Shown: one piece after another, positions 11,201 through 22,752 of the stretch | How the letters are laid out: each line of letters begins with the position of its first letter | How positions within the stretch are numbered: the first letter of the stretch is position 1 | Source: Phallusia mammillata | Taxonomy: Eukaryota | DNA: 64,000 bases | Direction: 5' to 3' | Assembly (NCBI GenBank): GCA_965637545.1 | Contig: OZ281499.1 | Location: 9,548,001 to 9,612,000, forward strand | The notes under the pieces: model-generated | The model's input: the letters and a program-made list of their open reading frames with translations, nothing else | Databases searched by the model: none | What the model was told of the DNA's origin: nothing | Program-made: the position numbers and the translations under genes

Positions 11201-13466
11201 ACAGAGAAAAAATATTCAGAATAAAAACTTGACATTAAAACGCATACACTGGAACAATGCCAGGAGCATAACAAACAGTTTTGTCGATAACAGTAAACGA
11301 TCCAACAGTCTGCAAACATGACATTGGCAGGTAAAAAGGTCAAAGTGCTATCCTTGCAGGCACGTTGAAGATATAATATTTGCTGCAATGTTTAATGTTT
11401 TGCGACCGTATCGACCAAAAATCTAATTTACGTTGAGTGAGATAATAAATATAGCAGTGGGGTATAATTGTTCGATTTTCGGCATGCCCAAACACCGCAT
11501 GACGTCACAATGGTTTGTTTCGTAGTAAAAAATACAGGCTGGGCGATTGATAGGAATCCCGTTGTTCACCCTAAAACTTTCTCGGTGGAAAAAGTTTGAT
11601 CAGGTGTCGTGATTACAGGCTATTTGGGGTAAACCTATCGCATTGAGCCGGTTGGTTTTCATCAAAAGCGCCCCAAGGGAACCGGGAGATACAATCTCTG
11701 TCTCACAAGAAATCACTGATGCCGAACTGCAAGCACAAAACAAATTGCGCAAAACCTGATGATCTCTACTTAGGACCTATGAGTATTTATTGTTTGAAAC
11801 AAAATTTTTGTCAATTTTATATGTAAGTTATACATATATACATCTATGCATATAGATTTTTGCGGGGGGAGTCATGTCCACATAAAATTATCTTATAAGA
11901 TTTTCTGAAAATGAAATAAAGATAAAACCAGGCACTCTTTGCACAAAATATCAGACGAACATTTCAAGTGGCATTACTGACACCGCCAAGTGGCCTGTCG
12001 TTATGGCAACTATGTAATCGTGTATTTACAGTCAAATTGTACTATACTCAAAGCCACACAACGTGTAAAGCCACTTGTAGCAAAAGCATCCCTTCGACAC
12101 ACCAAATAGCAGTAATTTTCTGCATAAAATTGGACAAAAGCAATTGTTCACGCCCAGATGGCAATGTATCGCGTTAATAAAACCCGTCATTATGGCACTA
12201 TATGTGAAGCAACGTTTCCGTTTTCGTGCACTTTAAGTCCATGTTTATAGAAAATATGGTATTTTTCTTTCCCACGTGGTTCCGTTCGAATTATGAATGG
12301 AGTGTTAAGACAGGTACATAATTCCAACACAAAATTTCGACCAATATTGTTGAGCGTTCGATAACTGCGATTTAAATGAAGTTAAGTTACAAGGTAAGAA
12401 TTTGAAGCTGTTTTTTGTTTTGATAGTTCGTTTGTTAAGGGTTTTTAACCGCTCCACGTAAAATGTTAATTTGTATGCAAATAAATTACACCAGCAATCT
12501 TTCAATTGAATAAACTTACCACCGACTTGCAATCGGCACATTGGTTCCATCCAGGCAACATTTCCTGTGAGTCTGGCTCAGAACTCTTCCTAAACAACAC
12601 ATACTTGCTTCTGAATTAAACGGACGTCCTCCGCAGCAATGAGTGGCTCGTCCTCCTCCAGTTCTTGCTCTTACCGGCTTTTGTGTTGTACCTTTGCAGA
12701 AACGGAAAGTTTAAAAATATTTGAGATGGGTATATTTTGCTTGGTGAATATAGCGACACAACCGCACTGAAACAGTCACCGGGTCAGAAATAGCTGCACA
12801 ACATTGAAATGTTCCAATATTTTGCATGATGACTTTCTTTTACTTGTGTTTAATGACTTATTGTTTAAGAATGTTTTGGAAATCTTAGAAAACAACTTTT
12901 TATAAGCAGCTAGGTTTTGTTAGGCTGAGTTAACACTAAGCCAAGCATGCACCGCACGTGTTGTTCTCTGTTTGCTAGAGGTAGTTGCTTAAGGCATTTG
13001 ATTGGAAGTCCTTGCGTTTCTTATCTTTGCGCTTATCGTGACGCCGTTTGCGTTTTTTGCCCTTTTTCGTTTTGTTCATTGCGGTTTTTACTTTGGAGTG
13101 TTGTTACTCTTATGAAGGCCAGAACAGGACGTTGAAACGTCGGTTACATTTGTCAGAACGTAATTTAGCTTTTATATGAAGCCTGGTAGCAACAGTTTAT
13201 ATAAAGCATACACCGTTGTTAAATGGTTTAAAAGTCATCGTTGGCATTTAATGCAAAGATAAGAAAGCTTGACCCAAAATAACTGCGTCAATATGCATTA
13301 ATCCGGCCAATACAAAAGATGAACCAAACTTACTGGTGACAACCAAAGTACCACTGGAGCTAGCTTGACATGGCAACCGGTTGATGACTTGAAGCTTTGC
13401 CAAATCCATCAACAGCAACAACAAGGTACATAGGAAAATCCGATTCGTAGGTTTAGTTGTCATCAT
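8268..13466 (-). CDS. Multi-exon secreted protein: signal peptide, galaxin-like di-cysteine repeat, Cys-containing middle, long coiled-coil/charged C-terminal half
   Basis: Exons with GT-AG sites: 13334-13466 (MMTTKPTNRIFLCTLLLLL), 12520-12691 (HCCGGRPFNSEASMCCLGRVLSQTHRKCCLDG), 11635-11697, 11432-11570, 11248-11309, 11082-11198, 10139-10271, 9400-9624, 8268-9074. Phases join in frame except the 12520 to 11697 junction, which is unresolved. Confidence 0.7.
13097..13170 (+). repeat. Hammerhead-like repeat, family B copy 1 (decayed core CTTATGA, GAAAC, stem III ACGT/ACGT, GUA site)
   Basis: Homologous to 26471-26557 and 60030-60118 (AGTGTT..TTACT-CT[G/T]ATGAAG ... GAAA[C/T]GTCGG..TTACATTTG[C/T]CAGAA). 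Lies in intron 1 of the secreted-protein gene, antisense. Confidence 0.45.
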
Positions 13467-15447
13467 TTTCGCCCACAAATTCGCCATGCAAAGATGTAGT
13501 GCTAGTTTGGGTAATCCGTGGTGTAAGACAAAAAGGCTTATCGCATACACAGGGTCTCTTCAAATTTTGGTCTAGCATTTTATGGTTAGGATCCACATTG
13601 AAGCATTGTGTGGCTATAAAGTTTAACTATTCTATATCGTGATCTGTGGATATTAAAAGTAGTGTCCGTGATCAACAAATAAAGTTAGAACGACTGACCG
13701 CCAAGGCGCTGAAATGATCTCGAAATGACGTTATGTGGTTGTAATCCATTATAAAACCCAAAATGTCGCCTCGAAGTTGGCTTTGACTGACATGAACGGT
13801 CGTGGTGTAACAATAGCATTCCTGTCAACAGGTTACGTCATCCAGCCCACATAATCTCTACCCTTGTGTAAACCTGTTGGTCTCTTTTCTTATTTGTAGA
13901 AAACACATTTCTAGTTGTAACTTCAAAGCCCCATACCTATTTAGGATATAGTTTTGTGGCCGCTGCAAACATTAATGCTATTTTCGCTGTGGATTGAACG
14001 CGAGGTTAAATACGGTGTGTCTTGTTCGATAGCATCCATAGCTAGTGCATTTTCTATCGCTAAACAACGTAGGGACTGTTCGTAATAGCAATTTGTATCA
14101 AGAGAACAAATGCCCTTAAGATTTATGCAACAATACAGTGAAATATTTTACTTGCACAATACCAAATTTTCTGCTATATTTCAAAACACCTCATAACTTT
14201 CCTCCTTGTCATTGTCTTCAGTTTTACCGACAGAACCGTAACTTTAGACCTCCTTTGGCACTTTTTTGTCATAATTCTCGATATACATTGCATTGACACT
14301 GTTACAAGTCATTTTGTGCGTCATGCCTAACTATTTCCTTTAACTCTTATTATAGTCTATGTTTCAACTTAGCCCAGCATTTTCGTGCCCAATAGCGTGA
14401 CAGTCATTTAGATTCTACACCTGTTGCAACTGTATCTGTACAAAGAGACAGAAGTTATAGCAAATATACCGCCTTGAGTCAATTATGCACTTGTTTAAAT
14501 AGCTACAGCTGTTTAAGTATGCTCTTAACGAACAAAATTGCCAAAATACGTAACAATTTTCTCAGATCACTGGCTAAATTAAATACAACTGCTAACTATC
14601 GCCAATTTGAAAGGCTTATTTCTTAAACAAGCGCTATACTCGATTTTCAAACTTATTTTGTTTATTTAGTCTGCACGCGTAACGATATATATAGCATTTT
14701 TGTACCACAAATGTAGACTGCTTAGGTTTCAAATATGCGATTATGTCAACTTTAAGCATTTACAGGGTACTCTTAAACAGTAAACTACTTAACATTGGTC
14801 TAGGTTATTGAGCAAATCTAGCCACATTTATACCTCTAACGTACATTAAAGTAAAAACTACCGCTAAAACGATTAAATTCAATGTGTCTGCAAAGCCCTC
14901 TCTATCAACTACTGATTCCAATTGTGCTGGCTTAACAAGCCGCGTTGATCCTTTATATGCGACGCTGATCTCTCTGTGGCTCGAGGCGCCGAGTTGCTTC
15001 ATGTTCTTATCGTTCGTCGCTGGTCGTTTGACCGATTTAGTCCGACATGAACGTTGTTTGTTTCCACGAGAACAAGCGTTGGCGCGAAGCCGGTTACACT
15101 TTTTGCTTTGGATATTTTTTAAAGAAACGCGTTAAGCTGGTGGGAAAAGCTTTCGAGAAAATCCGCATTAATTGTCAGGTTCATCATGTCAAGACAATGT
15201 AAAAACGAATTAAGAAAAATATCTTGGCCTGGTTATAGCTGCCGCATATGGCTTGGGACGAACACAAAACGCCTAAATATGTATACACATGTAGTTTAAC
15301 CTTGAACATATGTCGCTTCTAAATTACCGTATTTTGAACGTTGTTGTGGTACTTTGCGATGATTTTATTATATTTCAATACTTATTTTTCTGTTTTCTGC
15401 AACTAAATTTATTATGTTATGTAAACCCTTAAGGCCTACATAGTTGG

Positions 15448-15463
15448 ATTCTATTTGAATAAG
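15448..15463 (+). other. Exact genomic match to the Ciona-type 16-nt trans-spliced leader ATTCTATTTGAATAAG, not followed by GT
   Basis: Sequence ggATTCTATTTGAATAAGacagtgacgctgtctaatcgccATGatg. The leader identity is recalled from the Ciona intestinalis trans-splicing literature. Confidence 0.8.
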
Positions 15464-17145
15464 ACAGTGACGCTGTCTAATCGCCATGATGAAATATGTT
15501 TATACATGTTCAACCAAATGTGTGATTACATTCAAAATTTACATGTTCACATAGAATTAATAAGCTTGACAATTAATCACATAATCCCTTATCACAAATC
15601 CAATCGCCACAGTTCCACTTGTTTGAACATTTAAAAGCGCCTTGCATGCTGACGTGAAATCAGAAATTACAGACAATAGCCTGCGTTTCCCGTCAGTTTA
15701 AGTTCGGCGGGAGATGATCTACGCAATTTTCGTGTCTACCACTTCACACCTTGCAAAGTGGATTCTTACCGCAGCTCAACCGCAAAGTAGAGCCCAGCGA
15801 CGGTTATCTTTTGAAATTCCCCACTACTGCGACAAATCGTTTCAAAAGTTTGATTTGAAAGGGTTTATGTTTATTGTTTCACATCTTAAAGTTTAGAAGG
15901 CTACGAAACAAATAATAAATCAAAAAGCCGTGCATTTGAAAACTTGACATAAACTATTTTTTAAGATGATTGCTGTGTAAACTAAGCAACATCCAAGATT
16001 TCAAAATTCAAAGTTGTACTTTTTATTATTTAAAAACTTTATTGTCTGCATACGACACCAGAGAATATATTTTCTACGCGTTAACTATTTACTAATTATC
16101 TGCGCTCTATACTTTTTACACATTTTTTTTTGAATAAACAACCAACATATATACCTGAAACGACGACGATTTTTAGCTGCCATAGTAGTAAAATGCAACC
16201 TTTTACCATTGAGCAACCATAAAGGTAAACAAGAAGCTTTATACAACATAACGACGTTAACTTAAACTTAGCAACTACTGCCACGACCTTTTAAATTGGC
16301 GACCGGCGAAAAAGGTAGAAAAGACATACCAATTTGTTACTTCTCCTATCGCTACTTTCTCGTAAGATCTCTGTGGGGAAACACTAAGACAATGTGTCAT
16401 ATCTGTTAACCTTTTTCTATACGCCTGCACACTTCCTTAAGGCTTGAAGTTTCTCCTTTTTAAAAACATTTCGTATTGCGAAACGCTGTACACGGATGTG
16501 CTCATGAGTTCCGTGACGAATATAACGGCCCAAACAGACGTAAAAAGCGACATGATAAAACTGATGTAGCCTGTGTTACTAATGAAACATAAGTATTTGC
16601 CAAAATGGTTGAATACTAGTGCATTTTTTGTCTGTTTGGACCGTTATTTTTTATCATTAAATTTCGTATTGCGTTTAAAGATCAATAATATTTTTCAATA
16701 TTTTTTTTGTCGAAGTCATTTTCGTGATTGACTCAACAGAGCTTGCCTATGAACGTAAGTACACCTCTTCCGGCAGAAACAGTTGTAACATGACCTCACA
16801 CGAAGTGGCCCTGCAAACAATATACTGTCCTTCACAAAAATAGCGTAACAACTACCTTTTTGGCGGAAACATTTCTTAAGCCTGGCCCAGGAAACGTGAA
16901 CACAACAACAATGGCTCTCCTGATAAACAGGAAACAACAGCAGTTGTACCACAATCATGACACTTAGCTATAAGCTTGTAAACACGTTGTGTCATATAAT
17001 AACGTAGGTTTAGGCGTCATAAGCTGGGTTGTGGCAAGGAATGTGGTCGCGCAGAGTGTGAAAATTTGTAGTTCTCATGCGGCTGTCTTACTCGGTCATA
17101 TGAAGGCTAAATTTTGATCTGCTTTGTGTTCATCTTTTTTTCTAG

Positions 17146-17272
17146 CTTTGTGGGCGACCTTTTTTCTATTGCGGACCTTTTTTGAAACTAAAATTTTATC
17201 TCGGACTGGCCTTTAAAAAAACTACACATATTTAGCAACGAAAAGGCCTAAATTAGTGCTCGCCGACCACAG
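17146..17272. mobile_element. Degenerate short hAT MITE (family of 21116 and 31931)
   Basis: Internal TGCGGACC..TTTTGAAACT.AA.TTTT and TATTTAGCAACGAAAA.GCCTAAATTAG are shared with 21116-21232; right end CGCCGACCACAG; left TIR and TSD decayed. Confidence 0.6.
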
Positions 17273-19842
17273 GTTTAGTCGAGTTCTATGCACAACATAA
17301 AATGCAAACTTTACTTTGCGGTTATAGGTCGGATGGTTATCTCTTCAGCGTGCCGATCACGATGTAACTACGAAAAACCCTGGAAGCCAATAAACTGTAG
17401 GCCATCACAATGCAATGAGAACAATAGCAGGTAAAACTTAGATTTCGCAGATTAGAACTCGCCCTGTATTTTGAAACGACAGTAAATGTTTGATAAGAAA
17501 AAACATTTGGAATTACATTTTTTTGACTTTGCAATAATTTAACTACAACCATAATTACACAAATCATTCAACGCGAAAACACGAAATTGGTAATATTGTA
17601 TTTGTTTAGCGTATGAAGGATAGGTCACATCAAGTTTGTAGTGGACAATCCAGATTAACGTTGACCGCTGTGGAATTTCGTTCGCTTGTCCAGTGACCTG
17701 ATACGAAGATTAGGCTTATTTTCGCTTGCAAATCTCTCTATCCCTGCAGCAAGTAGGGCGGTTAACGTAGGAGCTGATGACATGCGCGCTTGTTTTGATG
17801 TCACCAGCAACAAACCTGAAACCCGAAACCGGTATTTCTACTTCGTATTTCGGTGGCTGGTTGAGCGCAGCCGAAATAACAAACATAAAAGTCAGGTGTT
17901 TGTCTTATGGCAGTTTTATAATGCACTAACAGTTTTAAAGTACATAACTTGTGACATGTGAACAGCAATTTTAAGCAGGTGCGTTTACATCAAAGATCAT
18001 TACGTTGATTAAATCTTTTCACCTCGGATATTTTTTGTCTGATGTATTTCGAAACTAAACGGCCAGATTTCCGATAATGGACTCGTTACCTAAAGTGCGT
18101 AAGGGCGTGAAATTGATAAGGTTGGTCTTTAAAGTGGCAAATGTTTACCACAAATCGGTGCATTTATGACTGGCAATGTATTTTAGAGGCAAATATCGAC
18201 CACAAACGGCGCATGTTAACCACAAATCGCTGCGTTTATGACTGACTGAAAATATATTTTAGAAATTTATACCTAAATGAAAGTCTAAAAACATACCATC
18301 CACTACTTTCTAATTAATGTTATGGTATATTTGTGTTTTGATTAAAATTACGCAATTTCACAAGTTAAATCCAAAGCTGGGGAAAACAAAATTCCATCGA
18401 TGTTTTTTAATAGCATCAAATAAAAAGACTAAATATTAGGCCTATGCTATGTATAGATACCAACAGCTGATTTAAAAATTTGCTTAATACCACAGATATT
18501 TAAAAACCACCAGCTTGATCATTCCATTCTCATTATATCGTGGATAAATTACATGTGTGTTATACGCACGTAAGGTATAATTTAAGTTAGTACTACGGCG
18601 TAATACATTTCGCCACGACAGATTCAACCGAATAATTGTAGTGTACATCAGATTTGCGACGGTTTCTAGTCAATTTGGTTACCGCTGGCGCAGCAACGTA
18701 TACTATAAGATTGCTGCAGAATTGTTAGTTTTCTCTCAGCATACCGTAATGACACACACGAAAATTCATACCACGTAAATATACTACAAATAGCACTCCT
18801 TAATTGCACAGTTCACGAAATGCCTGAACGAAAAACATATACATTGCCAATAATTTCTCTGCCCAAAGCAACAGCATTGCTCAAACTGACAATCGCGACT
18901 AGCGTTTTGAAACCTTGAACCAAATGCTTATTTCAACTTACATCGCCAAACATGCGAAATATATATTCCTTCTACTTAACTGACTAGTTTTGTTTTTCGA
19001 TTAGGGCATCTTAACACCCGATAGTTTCAACGCTTTCTGGTTGCAGTTGATACTATTTTGTTCTAGCTATAATTTGGTCTTCAAACTAAAATCACAGCAA
19101 ATTTTACATTACTGCACCATTCAAGCTTGTACTTAATATTCCATGAGTGTTTCGTCTTAAAAAGCAATAGAGTCCCTGCAAAACACAAGCCTTATCTACC
19201 GTCACAAAATTAACATATGTCCGATGTTTATGGTAAGCCTGCGAACAGACACACCCATACTTAACAGTGCAAGTAAATGTCGGTCAATCGGTAACGATCA
19301 GAAACAGTTGTAAACAAAAGTCAAAGGACGCTACGTTGCTTATCCGTGACCTTTAGACATTCCTTTGGGCCGATTGTTAACAGTTACCTGACGGCAAAGC
19401 AGCAATTAACCGATTGTACTAATTTGACTGCAGCAGACTTGACAACATTTCGCCTACTTTGCAGTTTTGATTGACACACAACTGATTCGCCAAAACTGGT
19501 TTTGTTCAAATTGGTTTAATGTTAAGACCTAAAGAATGGTTAGCTGGTTGGTTGTTTCTATTTGCTGGTATTGAATGATTTCTATTAATTCTCTTTTTTC
19601 TTTTCTACTGCAGGTGTTGCAACACAATGCGTTGTGTGACGAAACAATCAACTGCTAGTTTTGTGTGATAATGCAACGTGGTTTAGTTCTTTTCATTCAT
19701 GACTTTCGTGGAGCACGGTGCTACGTCGGTTGCATTAGAAATGCGTTTTTTTGTCGCCTGGATTATTGCTATCGGTGAGTCGCTTTGTACATATGTGTTT
19801 AACCCAACGAAATTTAATTCACAAAATAAGTGAACTACAATT

Positions 19843-19894
19843 AGCTGCAGACAGAGTAAACTGTTTCGACCCATAAGTTCTCACCAGTGCAACT
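19843..19894 (-). ncRNA. Type I hammerhead ribozyme motif, family A copy 1 (core CUGGUGA, GUC site)
   Basis: Minus strand AGTTGCA-CTGGTGA-GAACTTATGGGTC-GAA-ACAG-tttact-CTGT-C-TGCAGCT: stem I 7 bp with one GU, short imperfect stem II, stem III 4 bp, GUC triplet. One core substitution from CUGAUGA. Confidence 0.65.
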
Positions 19895-20760
19895 GGTGAC
19901 AAGAGATTTGCCGTATGAGCTAATCTGGACACCGTACGGTATTCAGTTTGTTGAAGATTCAGTATGTCACAACTGGACAACAACAGCGGAAGAACTGTTA
20001 ACAATGCCCAAGCAACTGTTTGAGAAACAAAGTGATTGGTAAGGATTGTGTGTGCCGTTATAGTAAAGCATTGTGTCTTGCTATTCATTCTATATTTATG
20101 TGTCTGACCATGTTTTCTGTTCCCAAAACAGATGGTGAGGATTGTGTTGTATTGATACATGTAAAGCGCAGTTATTAACGCAATATCTTTTGTGCAGAAA
20201 CCGTATCATTTCATCCCTGCATTTTGACATGTTTGCCCAAACACTTATATGAATTGATAACTTTCCATTCCCACGGTGTGACACATTCAGAAGGAGACGT
20301 AAGGTTTTGAATTTGCTTGTTTTTGAAAAATTTGCAAATTTGCTTGTAACTTGTTTAACTGTTTCTTTTTTACATTGATTAGTAATTTACTCGACAAACT
20401 TGAGTACAATTTTATTTTTGAAAGTCGGCGTAAATATTTTCGATTTTGAAGCAACTCTCAATTTCTATGTCAAGATGTATGTTTCATTGAAGTTTTGCCT
20501 CCGATTCTGTACACAGAAATATCTACAAGTGGTCGTTACAACCATCCCATTTTTGCTTCCTTGCTGTCCTAGAAGTTTCTGCAACAAAAACATACAAAAG
20601 CAGTTACATAAGAATAGCGACAGCATTCAAAATGGTTTCGCGTGCCAATGCTTTAACGCGTAAAGGTGCTTTTGTCCCAGCCGATTTAAATAGCGCAAAA
20701 GTTGCCGACCCATGAAGTATGTAGTAAAGCAACGTGAAACGACAACTTTTAACTCAGCAC

Positions 20761-22752
20761 TTACGTCGTCCATATCACATGCATATGGTAAAAATGATTA
20801 GCTGATGAGCCTCCTCTACCCAGAGCAGGACACTGAGTCCTGTATCCATATCTATTTAACTTTTCTTTTGCATTGCGTGTACCAGAACATCTGCCATTGT
20901 ATTGCAGTGTGATGGTGAGGTAGCCTCGATTATACGCAGCTTGTAAGCATTTTTGGATTGCTTCATGTCGTTTCCAATAATACCCGTCGAGAATAGGGTC
21001 GAGTCCTTCGAGAGTAGGAATAGCGAGTTCTCCCCCACTATCACCCCAGCATCCAAGGTCATCAAGGAGAACTTCAAAGAAAAAACGTGGTCGAAAAAAA
21101 TTCTGTCGTTTAGGGCAGGGGTCGGCAACCTTTTTTCTAATGCGGACCGTTTTTGAAACTGAAATTTTGTACAAAAAATACAAAAAATATTTAGCAACGA
21201 AAACGCCTAAATTAGGCGGTTGCCGACCACTGGTTTAAGGTGTAGAGCAGGGGTGGGGAACCTACTTAGTACTGCGGGCCGCATGATTTGCACAACATTT
21301 TCGGGCGGGCCAAATATTTTTTTACTTTCAAGTTCCGTGTAATAATACCCTCAGCATACAAGTGATTTTATATTTCATCGCTCCAGATTTGATTTTTTCT
21401 TTGCTGCTACATGTTTGCAACAAACAAAGCTTACAGGTTCATCACTTAATTCGACTAAAATCTGTCCATTCTTTCTGGAACACCCTAGCTCCATTTGAAA
21501 CTAACACCGCATGGCAAATGATTTGTTACTGGAAGAAGAGACAATCGAGTGACTGTTACGTCACAAATACAGCAAGTGTTTGAATGTGTGGCAATTTTAA
21601 TAAGTTTGGCGTCAAATATAGAAATGTCGAAGTCTTTTCAAGTAAATGTTTGTACATAAACATTTTATTATTGTTTTTTTATGCTACGTTATATGCTGTA
21701 CTTTAACAAAATTGTGACGCGGGCCACTTTCAAAATGCAAGCGGGCCGCAGGTTCCCCACCCCTGGTGTAGAGCTATTAGTTTTAGCAAAAACAGCCACA
21801 GGTTCTGCAAAATAGCAAACAAATCTAAACTGGTGTGAAATGTTTTGTGCAGTGATACATATTTTTTGATAAGTTTATGATGTACCTTTCGAAATCGACT
21901 TGATTTCGTAAACTTGAAATGTCGATAGTCCACCTTTACCGTCTGAACTACATTCTTTACTCGGGCCATTTTGTCGGTAATTTTCTCGGGCTTTAGCTGA
22001 ACTTAGGCACAGACCTCCATCCTGCAAAACACATTAAACTATTCTATACACGTACATGCGATTTGAAAAGTAGCGTCTTATGTCAGGCGATAAACAACCG
22101 AAAGGTAAGTTAGTTGCCCTAAAAAAAACATAAGATGTAAGGACAAAAGTAGATTGAACACATTGTGGGGACTTCCGTTTGCACGAAATAATAACTTTCA
22201 TTCGAACTCCTACTAGGATACTAAAATATGGGCTTGAGTCAATTGCTGCAAACACTCGTTAATTCGATGGTTTTTAGTACTGATACCTGAAGGGCAAAAA
22301 CGTCGTCGCCGTATTTGAAAGCAACTACGGCACACTTCACAATGGCATTGGATCTATGTTTGTAGTTTCCAAATAAATCTCTATCCCACTCTCTAGACGT
22401 ACCGGTAAAACTTTTCCAGCATCCCAGATTGTTGTAGGTCGCTAGACAAGAAATATATACGCTTTGATTTCCAAATTGTGTTATTTTATGTCACAATCGA
22501 CATAGCTGTATCAAATGCTGTTTGATTAATTAGTTTCGGCTTTTAAACTGTCTGGAATTTTTCAAGTACCTTCAAGATGACTGTTTTAAAGACTTTCAGT
22601 CTTTTTAGTCAACACACGTACGTTGCGCTTTGGTATCAAGTGTCGATTTTGACGTATGTGTTACAATCAATATTACCTGGATAATAGTATATTTTACTAT
22701 TCTCCTGTGCTTTAGCAGCAGCAAACGCGATGAGAAAGACGAGTATCTTCAT
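20761..22752 (-). CDS. Secreted protein (about 225 aa) with two invertebrate WSC-like domains
   Basis: Exons 22677-22752 (MKILVFLIAFAAAKA signal), 22287-22441, 21886-22021 and 20761-21071 join in phase. Two repeats of LGCW...Y..R..AI.KC...A...G.....Q..G.C......Y..G....C...G.GG....Y resemble the WSC-like repeat I recall from cnidarian and amphioxus proteins. Confidence 0.85.
21116..21232. mobile_element. hAT MITE in an intron of the WSC-like gene
   Basis: TIR CAGGGGTCGGCAACC / GGTTGCCGACCACTG; 8-bp TSD GTTTAGGG / GTTTAAGG (1 mismatch). Confidence 0.85.
21248..21765. mobile_element. hAT MITE, 518 bp
   Basis: Perfect 16-bp TIR CAGGGGTGGGGAACCT, GCGGGCCGCA subterminal motifs at both ends, perfect TSD GTGTAGAG. 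Confidence 0.92.
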
